Origin: an uncultured Gammaproteobacteria bacterium
GTDB lineage: Bacteria > Patescibacteriota > Patescibacteriia > UBA11705 > DATKZF01
NCBI GenBank assembly: GCA_964411255.1
Contig: CAYPKD010000003.1
Span: 16,477 to 80,476 of the forward strand
Reading direction: 5' to 3'
DNA: 64,000 nucleotides
Position numbers and translations under genes: made by a program. Positions 1 through 10,189 of the stretch are shown piece by piece; the first letter of the stretch is position 1; every line of letters starts with the position of its first letter. The notes below the pieces were generated by a model, which saw only the letters and a list, made by a program, of their open reading frames with translations, was not told the origin of the DNA and did no database searches.

Positions 1-1427
1 GACATAGAGTGCTCACAAGGAGTGACACAAACATCAGGCACGTCGTCAATCATCACCGTTGCTAACTGCGGATCAGAATTGATACTGACCAGCACCTGAG
101 GCGGTAGTTCTGTCAATGTGGCAAAGACACTGTTGTTCGTATCAGAGATGTCTTCATTGACTGTTTCGGTTTCATAACCATCGAGTGTAAAGACAAACTC
201 GTGCGTCCCTTCAGTCAGAGACTGAGTACAGGGAGTAACACATATGTCTGCCTCACCATCAATGGCCACTGATGCTCCCTGTGGGTCAGAGTCGATGTCG
301 ACATCCACTTCAGGAACAGGCAATGCTGTCAGAGTGACGAAAACCGTATCATTATCCAGGTCTACCACCTGAGTAACGCTCTCTGGCTCATAACCATCAA
401 GAGCAATGTCAAAGGTGTGCTCACCAATCAACATTGTCTGAGTACATGGTGTGGTGCAAAGATCCAGCACCCCGTCAATTGAAACTGTTGCCCCTTGGGG
501 CTCAGAATCAATTGTCACTTCCACATTTTCAGGTGGCAACTCAACTAAAGTGGCAAAGACACTATTGTTAGTATCAGAAATGTCTTCTTCAACCGTGGCT
601 GTCTCATATCCATCGAGAGTGAAAACAAACTCGTGCTGCCCAACAGTCAAAGACTGAGTACAAGGCGTAGTGCACGCGTCTGCCTCTCCATCAACGGCCA
701 CCGTTGCCCCCTGGGGATCAGAGTCAATGCTCACCTCTACTTCAGGTGGAGACAGCTCTGTCAAAGTGACGAAAACCGTATCGTTTTCTACATCCACCAC
801 CTGAGTGACGCTCTCGGGTTCATAGCCCTCAAGAGCAAAGTCAAAGGTGTGTTCACCGATCATAACTGTTTGAATGCAGGGTGTATCACAAATATCCAAC
901 ACCCCATCAATAGAAACCGATGCCCCTTGCGGATCTGAGTCAATGCTCACCTCCACTTGGTCTGGGGACGTTTCTGTCAGAGTGACGAAAACACTGGAGT
1001 TGGTTTCAGAAATCTCTTCCTCAACCATTTCCATGTCATATCCCTCCAAAACAAAGAGGAATACGTGCGTTGCGGCAGTGAGTGTCTGTGTACACGGAGT
1101 GACACAGACATCCTGCAACTCATCGATAGAAACCGATGCTCCAGTCGGATCAGAGCCAATGCTTACTTCAAACTGCTGAGGCTCTACATCAACCGGAATG
1201 TCTTCAGGTACGTCTACGACCACTTCATCCTGTACTTCTGGCTGCACGTCTGGTTGTACGTCAGGCTCAACATCCTGATCAACATCAACCAGCTCTGCAG
1301 CAATGTCGCCTTGAGTATCCAACTCAGTTGCAGAATCAGGGTGGATCACATCGCCCGCGATCTCAACCACCCCCTCATCACATGACAGAATGAAAGAAAA
1401 GACTGCTAATAGGGCTATTTGCTTCAT
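1..1427 (-). CDS. PEGA-repeat lipoprotein (3' end runs off the window)
   Basis: Not in ORF track because it is truncated. ATG at 1427 with GGAGG upstream (1433-1437); translates MKQIALLAVFSFILSCDEGVV (lipobox-like Cys), acidic linker, then repeats of the type IDSDPQGA..VCxTPC..GYE like the neighbouring genes. Confidence 0.85.
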   Translation of the reverse strand, partial: MKQIALLAVFSFILSCDEGVVEIAGDVIHPDSATELDTQGDIAAELVDVDQDVEPDVQPDVQPEVQDEVVVDVPEDIPVDVEPQQFEVSIGSDPTGASVSIDELQDVCVTPCTQTLTAATHVFLFVLEGYDMEMVEEEISETNSSVFVTLTETSPDQVEVSIDSDPQGASVSIDGVLDICDTPCIQTVMIGEHTFDFALEGYEPESVTQVVDVENDTVFVTLTELSPPEVEVSIDSDPQGATVAVDGEADACTTPCTQSLTVGQHEFVFTLDGYETATVEEDISDTNNSVFATLVELPPENVEVTIDSEPQGATVSIDGVLDLCTTPCTQTMLIGEHTFDIALDGYEPESVTQVVDLDNDTVFVTLTALPVPEVDVDIDSDPQGASVAIDGEADICVTPCTQSLTEGTHEFVFTLDGYETETVNEDISDTNNSVFATLTELPPQVLVSINSDPQLATVMIDDVPDVCVTPCEHSM

Positions 1428-1524
1428 TTTTTCCTCCCATAGGTTAAAAAAGCCCTTGGTTCATTGTCAAACAACACGTTATAGCAATTTAGCATAAAAC
1501 GTAAATTTTGTCAATTCCCCAATT

Positions 1525-1554
1525 AAAAAACCTTGATTTATGAAAATCAAGGTT
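1525..1554 (-). terminator. Intrinsic terminator after PEGA gene; related copies at ~5391-5419 and ~6844-6868
   Basis: Hairpin AACCTTGATT..AATCAAGGTT followed by a U-run on the minus strand; the other two share ATCCTGATT..(T/C)CAGGAT. Confidence 0.65.
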
Positions 1555-1562
1555 AAATGTCC

Positions 1563-4500
1563 TTATTTCCCTGCTTGCAGGGTAATAAAGAAGTAGTCAT
1601 TAGCTGCATCTACATTTTCATCATACTCTTGGGTAATGTACCCCGGTTTTTCGTAGACGAAATGATGCATGCCTTCTTTCAAATCGATGACAAAAGGCGA
1701 TGTATCAACATATTGATCATCAATGGTTACCTGCGTCTGTGACGGAACAGCAACCACTGTGACCTCAATTGTCGGTACAGTGTCAATAACTGCAAATACT
1801 GAGTTATTCACCGCAGAAATACTCTCCTGCACCAATACAGGATCATAAGTATCTACAGTGAAAACAAAGTCATGCAGTCCCTCTGTCAAACTCTGCTCAC
1901 ACGGGGTTTGACAAACGTTCGGAACGCTGTCAATTTCTACCCATGCTTGCTGAGGATCTGAATTGATCTGGACCAGAATCGTATTGTCTGCGACCAGATC
2001 AGCATGTACAGTATTGTTCGCTGCATCAATATCCTGATTAATCGTCTGGGGCATATAGCCAGCCAGCGAAAAATCAAACTTGTGACTGCCTGGCAGCAAA
2101 TCATAAGTAAAGCTTGTCGTATCAGTATAGGCTCCGTCATCAATGACCACTGTTGCGCCACTCGGATTGGACGTAACAGTAACAGTCACTGGAAGAGGAG
2201 TCATAGTAACAAACACACTGGTGTTGGTAGATGAAATATCTTCACTCACCATCTCATCTTCATACCCAGCCAGGGTAAACACAAAATTATGCATACCAAC
2301 AGTAAGCTGCTCTGAACACGGAGTGGTGCAAACGTCTGGCGTGCCATCAATCGAAACTGAGGCACCCAATGGGTTTGAGGTGAAAGTGACGAAATGTTGC
2401 TCAACAACCTCAGTCAATGTCGCAAAGACCGTGTCATTGCTGACAGAAATATCTTCACTGACTGTTTCGTCTTCATAGCCTGTAAGCGTAAACACAAACT
2501 GGTGCGATCCTTCAGTCAAAGACTGGGAACACGGCGTAGTGCATACATCTGGCGTACCGTCTATGGCAACTGACGCACCCGACGGCGTTGAATCAATGCT
2601 CACCAGCACTTCATCAGGCGGCAGCTGCGTCAGAGTTACCGAAACTGTGTCATTGCTGACAGAAATATCTTCACTGACTATTTCATCTTCATAGCCAGCC
2701 AAAGTAAACACGAACTGGTGCGATCCTTCAGTCAAAGACTGGGAACACGGCGTAGTGCATACATCTGGCGTACCGTCTATGGCAACTGACGCACCCGGCG
2801 GCGTTGAATCAATGCTCACCAGCACTTCATCAAGCGGCAGTTCGGTCAATGCCACGTAAATGCTGGTGTTTAACGCAGAGATTTCCTCATTGAATGTTTC
2901 TGGCTGATAGCCATCAAGTGTGAAGTTAAACTCATGCGACCCAGCCGTCAGTTGTTCTGAGCATGGCGTGCTACAGACATCTGGCATACCATCAATGGAA
3001 ACTGATGCTCCCATTGGGCTCGAGCTGATAGTGACTGAAAATGTCTCAACAATTTCTGTCAAAGTGACAGAAACGTTGTTGTTTATATCTGAAATATCAT
3101 CGTTTACCGTCTCTGACTCGTAACCAGTGAGAGTAAACACAAACTCATGCGGACCCACCGTCAAAGACAGCGAGCACGGCGTAATACATACGTCTGGCGT
3201 GCCATCAATGGCAACTGACGCTCCCGGCGGCTCTGAATCAATGCTTACCAGCACTTCATCAGGCGGCAGTTCGGTCAATGTGGCAAAGACACTGTTATTT
3301 ATATCAGAAACATCTTGACTGACTGTTTCTGCTTCATATCCATCTGCTGTGAACACAAACTCATGCGGTCCAATCGGTAGAGACTGGAAACACGGCGTAG
3401 TGCATACATCAGACGTATCATCAATTGCGACAGACGCCCCCTGCGGCTCTGAGTCAATGGTTACCATTACCTCATCAGGCGGCAGCTGGGTCAGAATGAC
3501 AAAAACGTCAGCGTTTGTAGCAGAGATGTAATTGGTAGCAATCTCTGGCTCATACCCATCTAAAGTAAAGCTAAAGGTGTATTCTCCCTCAACCAACAGA
3601 TGGGAACAGGGAGTAGTACACACATCCAGCGAATCATCAATCGAGACACTGGCGCCTTCAGGCTCAGAGTCAAAATTGACTTCAATCTCATCTGGCGGCA
3701 ACTCAGTCAAAGAGACTGCGATGCTGGTGTTTGTTTCAGAAATATATTTCTGAGTAGTCTCAGTTGAATATCCGTCCAAAGTAAAGACGAATTCATACCA
3801 ACCTTCTGTCAGCACTTCCACACATGGCGTAGTGCAAACATCCTGGCCATCAATGGCCACAGCTGCTCCAGTAGGATTGGAAGTGATAACCACTGAGTAT
3901 TCAACTGGTGGCAATTCAGTCAGTGTAACAAAAACACTGTTGTTGGTTTCAGAAATGTCTTCGCTGACTGTTTCGGTTTCATAGCCATCCAAAGTGAATT
4001 CAAATTGATGCTCTCCTACTTCCATTACCTGAAGGCAAGGAGTGGTACAGGCATCAGCTTCTCCATCAATGGATACGCTCGCACCATGAGGTTCTGAATC
4101 AATGTCAACTTCAACCTCGCCTGTAGGCAATTCAGTCAAAGTGACATGGATATAATCATTTGCCTCACTAAATTCATGCTGAACAACTGCAGTATTATAG
4201 CCAGTGAGAGAAAATTCTAAGGTATGGGAACCTTCTTCCAGTGGCTGGTTAAAGCAAGGCGTCTGGCAGACATATTCTCCATCAACAGACACATCTGCAC
4301 CTGCTGGTGTAGAATTGATATCTACAGACAACATCACTGGTGGAATTTCAGTCAATTCGACAAATACGCTAGTATTTGTTTGTGAAATATAGTCATCCAA
4401 CTCCTCTGTTTCATAACCTGAGAGAGTGAATGCGAAATGATGCATGCCTTCTACCAGATTTGTAGCACAGGGAGTGGTACAGACGTCAACATCCTGATTA

Positions 4501-5234
4501 ATCGAAACAAGCGCGTCTTGCGGCATCGAATCGATAAATACCAGATATTCACCTGGCAATAGTTCAGTAAGTTCGACGAATACGCCGAAGTTTTCTTCAG
4601 TAATCTCTTGATCTACTGTCAAAGGCTCATAGCCTTCAAGAGTAAAAGAGAATTGATGCATACCTTCAGGCAACACCACATTCATGCAGGGAGTGGTGCA
4701 GGCATTGGGCTCACTGTCAATTGAGACAGACGCCCCCTGCGGCACAGAATCAATGACCACTGGTACCAAAACCAATGGCTCTTCCTGCAAAATAGCGTAA
4801 ACCAGATCAGTGGTTTGGCTAATCTCCACATTAAGTGTCTGATCCTGATAGCCATCCTTGGAAAAATGGAAGCTATGAGGACCTGCCTGCAGGTGGAGTG
4901 AAAATGGTGTAAAAAACTGAGTCGTTCCCTCATCAACTGTAACCAGCGCAGCAGCTGGCTCAGAGTCAACAAAGACCTTGATCAATGGAACGACTGTATC
5001 TTCCTGGATATCCAGAACAGGCTGTTGATCTTCAGCTGGAACATCTTCAGTTCCTACCTCTTCCATATCTGGCTGAGCCTGTTCTTCAAAAATATCAAAA
5101 TTTTCAATATCATTTTCTTCCATATCTAGGCCATTTGTAACATCATTTGTTTGAACTAAATACGTATCTACGGTTGTCGGCGTAGAACCGCATGAAAGTA
5201 CGAAAATACACGAAAACAGAGCAAATTTCCTCAT
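1563..5234 (-). CDS. Large acidic PEGA-repeat lipoprotein (~15 repeats)
   Basis: ~72-aa repeats SxPxGAxVxIDG..CTTPC..GxHxFxFxLxGY; likely start MRKFALFSCIFVLSC at 5234 with AGGAG upstream (ORF track extends to 5276). Confidence 0.88.
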   Translation of the reverse strand: MRKFALFSCIFVLSCGSTPTTVDTYLVQTNDVTNGLDMEENDIENFDIFEEQAQPDMEEVGTEDVPAEDQQPVLDIQEDTVVPLIKVFVDSEPAAALVTVDEGTTQFFTPFSLHLQAGPHSFHFSKDGYQDQTLNVEISQTTDLVYAILQEEPLVLVPVVIDSVPQGASVSIDSEPNACTTPCMNVVLPEGMHQFSFTLEGYEPLTVDQEITEENFGVFVELTELLPGEYLVFIDSMPQDALVSINQDVDVCTTPCATNLVEGMHHFAFTLSGYETEELDDYISQTNTSVFVELTEIPPVMLSVDINSTPAGADVSVDGEYVCQTPCFNQPLEEGSHTLEFSLTGYNTAVVQHEFSEANDYIHVTLTELPTGEVEVDIDSEPHGASVSIDGEADACTTPCLQVMEVGEHQFEFTLDGYETETVSEDISETNNSVFVTLTELPPVEYSVVITSNPTGAAVAIDGQDVCTTPCVEVLTEGWYEFVFTLDGYSTETTQKYISETNTSIAVSLTELPPDEIEVNFDSEPEGASVSIDDSLDVCTTPCSHLLVEGEYTFSFTLDGYEPEIATNYISATNADVFVILTQLPPDEVMVTIDSEPQGASVAIDDTSDVCTTPCFQSLPIGPHEFVFTADGYEAETVSQDVSDINNSVFATLTELPPDEVLVSIDSEPPGASVAIDGTPDVCITPCSLSLTVGPHEFVFTLTGYESETVNDDISDINNNVSVTLTEIVETFSVTISSSPMGASVSIDGMPDVCSTPCSEQLTAGSHEFNFTLDGYQPETFNEEISALNTSIYVALTELPLDEVLVSIDSTPPGASVAIDGTPDVCTTPCSQSLTEGSHQFVFTLAGYEDEIVSEDISVSNDTVSVTLTQLPPDEVLVSIDSTPSGASVAIDGTPDVCTTPCSQSLTEGSHQFVFTLTGYEDETVSEDISVSNDTVFATLTEVVEQHFVTFTSNPLGASVSIDGTPDVCTTPCSEQLTVGMHNFVFTLAGYEDEMVSEDISSTNTSVFVTMTPLPVTVTVTSNPSGATVVIDDGAYTDTTSFTYDLLPGSHKFDFSLAGYMPQTINQDIDAANNTVHADLVADNTILVQINSDPQQAWVEIDSVPNVCQTPCEQSLTEGLHDFVFTVDTYDPVLVQESISAVNNSVFAVIDTVPTIEVTVVAVPSQTQVTIDDQYVDTSPFVIDLKEGMHHFVYEKPGYITQEYDENVDAANDYFFITLQAGK
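2431..2842. repeat. Near-identical 216-bp tandem duplication of one PEGA repeat
   Basis: Sequence starting GTGTCATTGCTGACAGAAATATCTTCACTGACT occurs at 2431 and 2647 and stays nearly identical for ~195 bp. Confidence 0.85.
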
Positions 5235-5428
5235 TGCTTCTCTCCTTAAGCCCTTATTTAGGCAGTTTATTGTCAAAGACCTGTAGTACCTTATTTTACT
5301 ACAAAATTAAAAATTTGTCAATCATTACCTCTATCTATACTAAAACACCCCTCTCATTAATTTATGACTGTTTTTTTTATTAATAATTACAAAAAAATCC
5401 TGATTATTAACCAGGATTTAGATACTTT

Positions 5429-6775
5429 TTATTCCATATCAATAAATACATAATTCTGCTCAGCAGATACTTCTGTTAGCACTTCAATACTGTCATAAAC
5501 CAGGTTTCCAGAAAAAAAATGCCAGCCCTCTTTTAAATATACTTGAAACGGAGTGACATACTCTGTTTCTCTACTGTCAATTAAGACAGTCACTCCTTGA
5601 GGAGCTGAAGCTACAGTGACAAAAACTTCTGGTACATTTAAAAATTCTACTAAAAATAAATTATTGCTATCAGATATTGTTTCATCAAGATATAAAATAT
5701 CATAGCCTGGTAATGAAAAAACAAAATGATGAGGATCAGGACTTAATTCAACATGACAAGGAGTCTGACAAACATCAGGCTGATTGTCAATTTCCACCCA
5801 TGCCATCTGCGGATCTGAATAAAGCAATACTTTTTCTGCATGTTCAAGTATTATTAATATTGTTTCAGTGTAACGATCTATAGGTGTTTCGAAAATTTCA
5901 GTCCTATATCCATCCAGTTCAAATAAAAATTCATATTCTCCTTCAAGTAAATTAATATTAAAAGGGGTGATATAAACATTTTCAAAATCATTATCAATAG
6001 TAACCATTGCTCCTTGAGGATTAGAATTAATGAATACTTCATACTCTAAAGGAATAAGTGATTCTAATTCTGCAAAAAAACTTGTATTGTGACGATTAAC
6101 TTCAACCACTTCTGTGTAATCATGGTAGCCTTCCAGTTTATAGTGCAGCTTATGCTCACCTTCAGGCAAAGTAACCTCAAATGGAGTAAAATAATTTTCA
6201 TCCTGACTTTCATCTATTATTACTTGTGCGCCTGTTGGATCTGAATCAATATTTATTGAAATTAATTTGCGTAAATCAACATCAACAGTGCCATGTCCCA
6301 AATCAATATCATGAATTATTGTCATTTGTTCATATCCTTCAAGTGAAAAAATAAATTCATGCTCTCTATATGTTAATTTTATTTCGCACGGAGTCTGGCA
6401 AACATCTTCTTCCCCGTCAATAGTAACTGAAGCACCTTGAGGAGATGAATTAACTTTTGCATAAATTTCTTTTATGGTTAAGTCAAAATGTAGTTTCTCA
6501 GTATTTCTCCCAATAGTAGTCCACGCTCGCATTGATTCATAATCTTCCCTTGATATTCTTAATATTAAATTTGTTGGTCCTGATAAAATCAATTCAAAAG
6601 GAGTAATGCCAATATGATTTGGCTCTTCTGACACGCTTCGATGCCGATGATAAATTTCAACAGATGCTCCTAGAGGTTCTGTAGTGAAAGAAACTGTAAT
6701 ACTTCCTCCTCTATCATCACTACAGGCCATAATAAATATCATGTAAAAGAACAGTAGTTTCTGCTTCATATTCAT
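5429..6775 (-). CDS. PEGA-repeat lipoprotein (AT-rich paralog)
   Basis: Signal ending IMAC, about six PEGA-like repeats, GGAGG upstream. Confidence 0.85.
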   Translation of the reverse strand: MNMKQKLLFFYMIFIMACSDDRGGSITVSFTTEPLGASVEIYHRHRSVSEEPNHIGITPFELILSGPTNLILRISREDYESMRAWTTIGRNTEKLHFDLTIKEIYAKVNSSPQGASVTIDGEEDVCQTPCEIKLTYREHEFIFSLEGYEQMTIIHDIDLGHGTVDVDLRKLISINIDSDPTGAQVIIDESQDENYFTPFEVTLPEGEHKLHYKLEGYHDYTEVVEVNRHNTSFFAELESLIPLEYEVFINSNPQGAMVTIDNDFENVYITPFNINLLEGEYEFLFELDGYRTEIFETPIDRYTETILIILEHAEKVLLYSDPQMAWVEIDNQPDVCQTPCHVELSPDPHHFVFSLPGYDILYLDETISDSNNLFLVEFLNVPEVFVTVASAPQGVTVLIDSRETEYVTPFQVYLKEGWHFFSGNLVYDSIEVLTEVSAEQNYVFIDME

Positions 6776-6883
6776 TGCTATCCTCCCGGTTAAATAACCG
6801 TTGCTATATTAACAATTATAATAAAACATCAATTTTGTCAATTAAAAATCCTGATTATGAATCAGGATATGTTTATATTATTG

Positions 6884-8548
6884 TTATTTATTGCAATTCT
6901 GCAACTGGTAGAAAAAGCTCTTATTGCTCTGTGAAACTTCAATCTGCTCACTAACCGCATCACAGGGCGGTTTTTCAATAAGCAGTTGGCGGGTTCCTGC
7001 CTGAACCTCTCCAGAGAACGGAGTAGTGCCAAGGCTATTCCCATCAATGGACAATGCAGCCATCATTGGCACAGAGGAAACAGTAATGGTCACCATTTCA
7101 CCAGTGCTTTCCGGTGTGAGCGTCACAGAAACAGTGTCTCCATCCGCTGACACATTCTGCTGCACTGTTGCTGTTTCATAACCGCTGAGCGTGAACACAA
7201 ATTCATGCGTTCCCTCTGTCAGCTGCTGAGAACAGGGTGTGGTGCAGAGATTCTGAAGACCATCGATCGCCACAGATGCTCCAGCAGGAGTCGTCTCAAT
7301 GTTGACAGAAACGTCACCAGTAGAAATCTGGGTCAGCGTCACATTGACCGTATTGCTGCTTGAGTTGACATTCTGCTGCACTGTTGCTGTTTCATAACCG
7401 CTGAGCGTGAACACAAATTCATGCGTTCCCTCTGTCAGCTGCTGAGAACAGGGTGTGGTGCAGAGATTCTGAAGACCATCGATCGCCACAGATGCTCCAG
7501 CAGGAGTAGAATTGATCTGCACAGCCACTGGCTGAGTTGTTTCCGGCGTAAGGATAGAAAACACGTAATTGTCAGAAAAACTGACAAAATGCGTTACCTG
7601 CGCAGGCTGATAGCCGTTCAAAGTAAATCCGAAAACGTGCTGCCCCTCAGTAACCTGGTGCGAACATGGCGTAGTGCAGACATTCTGCGCACCATCTACG
7701 CTGACTGATGCTCCCTGAGGGCTTGAATCAACCTGGGCCATTACCAGCTGAGCTTGGCCAGGCTGCAAAGTAACAGAAACACTATTGTCAGTCTCTGTCA
7801 CATTATGCTGAACAGTCGTTGGCTGATAACCATCCAAAGTGAAACTGAAAGTGTGCATTCCAGCCGTGGTCTGATACTGACATGGCGTAGTGCAAACATC
7901 AGCAGCACTGTCAACGGTGACAGAAGCACCGCTTGGAGTGGAATTGAGCTGAACCGCAATCAAGCCAGGCTGGCCTTGGGTCAGAGTGGCAAACACGTAA
8001 TTGTCTGTGAATGACACCGTATAAATAATTGTCTGGGGCAAATAGCCATCCATCTCAAACACAAACTCATGGTCTCCCGCAGTCAGCTCCTGGGGCTCAC
8101 ATGGAGTGACGCAAACTTCAGCGCGGCCATCAATGGCCACCACTGCTCCCTGAGGAGAAGAATCAATCTGAGTAAAGACTGTATCTTCAGCCTCAGAAGT
8201 TAAAGTAGCAGAGATAGTGCTGTCACCCCAAGTGACATAATGATCGACAACCGCAGTCTCATAATCTTCAAGTTCAAAAGTAAATGTATGATCTCCCTCT
8301 GCCACTTCATATTGGCAGGGCGTAATACATGCAGGATCCTCATCTTCATCAATGGTCACGGAAGCTCCTTCAGGATCAGAAAGCAGCGTTGCCCATAGAA
8401 AAATAGTGGCTTCACCATCGGCAGACGTCATGTCTTGCCCAGATACATCAGCATCTTCTACATCAGTCCTGAGTTTAGATTCAGCACAACTGATTGCAAA
8501 AATTGCAAATAAAATTACACTTGAAATGTACAGAAGAGTCTTTCGCAT
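6884..8548 (-). CDS. PEGA-repeat lipoprotein
   Basis: Signal ending FAISC, seven PEGA-like repeats with CxTPC, GGAGG upstream. Confidence 0.87.
   Translation of the reverse strand: MRKTLLYISSVILFAIFAISCAESKLRTDVEDADVSGQDMTSADGEATIFLWATLLSDPEGASVTIDEDEDPACITPCQYEVAEGDHTFTFELEDYETAVVDHYVTWGDSTISATLTSEAEDTVFTQIDSSPQGAVVAIDGRAEVCVTPCEPQELTAGDHEFVFEMDGYLPQTIIYTVSFTDNYVFATLTQGQPGLIAVQLNSTPSGASVTVDSAADVCTTPCQYQTTAGMHTFSFTLDGYQPTTVQHNVTETDNSVSVTLQPGQAQLVMAQVDSSPQGASVSVDGAQNVCTTPCSHQVTEGQHVFGFTLNGYQPAQVTHFVSFSDNYVFSILTPETTQPVAVQINSTPAGASVAIDGLQNLCTTPCSQQLTEGTHEFVFTLSGYETATVQQNVNSSSNTVNVTLTQISTGDVSVNIETTPAGASVAIDGLQNLCTTPCSQQLTEGTHEFVFTLSGYETATVQQNVSADGDTVSVTLTPESTGEMVTITVSSVPMMAALSIDGNSLGTTPFSGEVQAGTRQLLIEKPPCDAVSEQIEVSQSNKSFFYQLQNCNK
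7152..7507. repeat. Identical ~140-bp direct repeat, 216-bp period, inside PEGA gene
   Basis: 7152-7291 matches 7368-7507. Confidence 0.85.
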
Positions 8549-8804
8549 AGCTGTTCCTCCTATGTGATGGGTGCTAAAAGACTGCTTTTTACTGCAAATG
8601 CAGTGTGTTTTAACTTATAATATTTATTAGAATTTGTCAAGTTTATTGGAAAAATAAAAAAACCCTATAATTTAGGGGAATTTTTTGTATTTTGGCAAAA
8701 AAATTGGCAGTGCAATCCGTAGCGCTTGAAATCAGTACTTCGTTCGTTTATTTCGGCCCTTCTTCACTAAAGCTTCGAAAGGCATCCTTCGCTCTCGCGA
8801 AGGA

Positions 8805-8879
8805 TGGAGGCACGGACGGGAATTGCACCCGTGCATAGCGGTTTTGCAGACCGCTGCCTTACTGCTTGGCTACCGTGCC
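8805..8879 (-). tRNA. tRNA-Cys(GCA)
   Basis: Reverse complement GGCACGGTAGCCAAGCAGTAAGGCAGCGGTCTGCAAAACCGCTATGCACGGGTGCAATTCCCGTCCGTGCCTCCA: cloverleaf, GCA anticodon, encoded CCA. Confidence 0.96.
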
Positions 8880-8910
8880 GTAAATTGAAATTACCTACCT
8901 ATATAATTTT

Positions 8911-8972
8911 CCTTTCGTCCTGTTATAATCGACAAAATTAGGACTCGTCAGTACTGATCTCATCAGTAGAGG
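8911..8972 (-). ncRNA. Type III hammerhead ribozyme (predicted cleavage between 8969 and 8968)
   Basis: Minus strand reads CCU C | UACUGAU GAG AUCAGUA | CUGACGA | GUCCU...AGGAC | GAA AGG: complete core CUGANGA/GAAA/UH, 7-bp stem I, 5-bp stem II, but only 3-bp stem III. Confidence 0.75.
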
Positions 8973-9272
8973 TTTGGGGTGTGTGCTATATTATAGCCAC
9001 TAGCCCCCCTTTTTAGTTCCATCCGCTTTAATACTAATGCGGAACGGTCTTTTGCGGATGTTATCCGCATTCACTGGCTCTTAGTCCCTACTGCCTGCTA
9101 GTCAGCAGATCAGGACTGTGGATTTAGTTTGAACCGTCATGGTTCTGAATCAGGCATATCAACGACCATCGCTGACAATACCCTCACAAACATTATATCA
9201 TATGATATCTGTGAGCCTACTATCAACAAAACCAAGCTAATCGTATATGCCTGCTTTTTCGAAAAAATCCAT
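8973..9272 (-). ncRNA. Structured non-coding RNA of unknown class (5' part possibly 6S-like)
   Basis: No ORF; long irregular hairpin CAGGCAUAU...AUAUGCCUG (9253-9151) enclosed by GGAUUU/AAAUCC, then four further hairpins; G-U pairs favour the minus strand; extended -10 TGTTAAAAT just upstream. Confidence 0.5.
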
Positions 9273-9373
9273 TCTATTTTAACATAATACAAATATACTG
9301 TAAACATAGGCCTTTTTTAAAAAGAAAAATTGCCCGCCAAAGGCAGACAATCTTTCAATATTTAAGCTATTAT

Positions 9374-9967
9374 TTATTCAACAACTTCAATCTTAATCTG
9401 CTTTTTACCAAATTGAATGGCTTCACCTCGGTCTTTCATCCAAATATCTACACGGTTTGAATATCGTCTGTTCATTCTATCATGAACAATGAATTCTTGA
9501 TCACCATATAAATCTGGAATTTTGACCTTAGTACCAAATGGTAAAAAGTTAGCAGCAATGACATTTTCTTCATTAGCTGCACAAACATTATATCCGTCAG
9601 CGGTAATACATGGAGTAGAATCTGTTTCTGCTACACTTGATGTATAGGCTGTAGCAGTAACATATAATTCACCATTTTTATACTTTGGATATACAGCTCT
9701 TTGATATGCGATTTTTCGTTGTTTTGCCTGCTCTTGCTTTTCCTTATAAGCAAGCATATTTTCTGTAATTATGTCCTGTTTATCAGCAATTAAAACCGAT
9801 TTGACATCAACAGGATTTCTATATAATACTTTCGCTTGTGTTGGCATAGCAACATTAGCTAAAACTAAAAAGAATACAATAAATATAGCTACTTTTCCAC
9901 GCTTTTTAAGGTGTTTTCTTAATGTTTCTAATATGTTTAATTTGTTCATATAATTCATATAATTCAT
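9374..9967 (-). CDS. 3D-domain cell-wall protein
   Basis: TATAY..TADG..IAANFLPFGTKVKIP..VHDR..RVDIW 3D-domain motifs, N-terminal membrane anchor; start codon uncertain. Confidence 0.85.
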   Translation of the reverse strand: MNYMNYMNKLNILETLRKHLKKRGKVAIFIVFFLVLANVAMPTQAKVLYRNPVDVKSVLIADKQDIITENMLAYKEKQEQAKQRKIAYQRAVYPKYKNGELYVTATAYTSSVAETDSTPCITADGYNVCAANEENVIAANFLPFGTKVKIPDLYGDQEFIVHDRMNRRYSNRVDIWMKDRGEAIQFGKKQIKIEVVE

Positions 9968-10189
9968 TATTTTATGCTTAGTATTATAGCACATTTTAAT
10001 GATTTTGTCAATACTAGCAACAAAACAACGAATTTGTTCAAACGAGAATAATACTATCAATTCTAGCTGATATTGTCAAGGCTTTCATGAACACAATTTT
10101 CAGTCATAGAATTACCCATTCCTTGACATGACCTATGCTTTTGATGTATCATTTTATTACATTTATTTTTTAATTTCTTAACTACACTT

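Noticed and set aside
451-8567. Numerous plus-strand ORFs over the PEGA genes
   Set aside because: Antisense shadows of repetitive minus-strand coding sequence
8973-9272. RNase P RNA or tmRNA
   Set aside because: Lacks GAGGAAAGUCC / ACAGAA..CGGCUUA motifs and tRNA-like tmRNA termini
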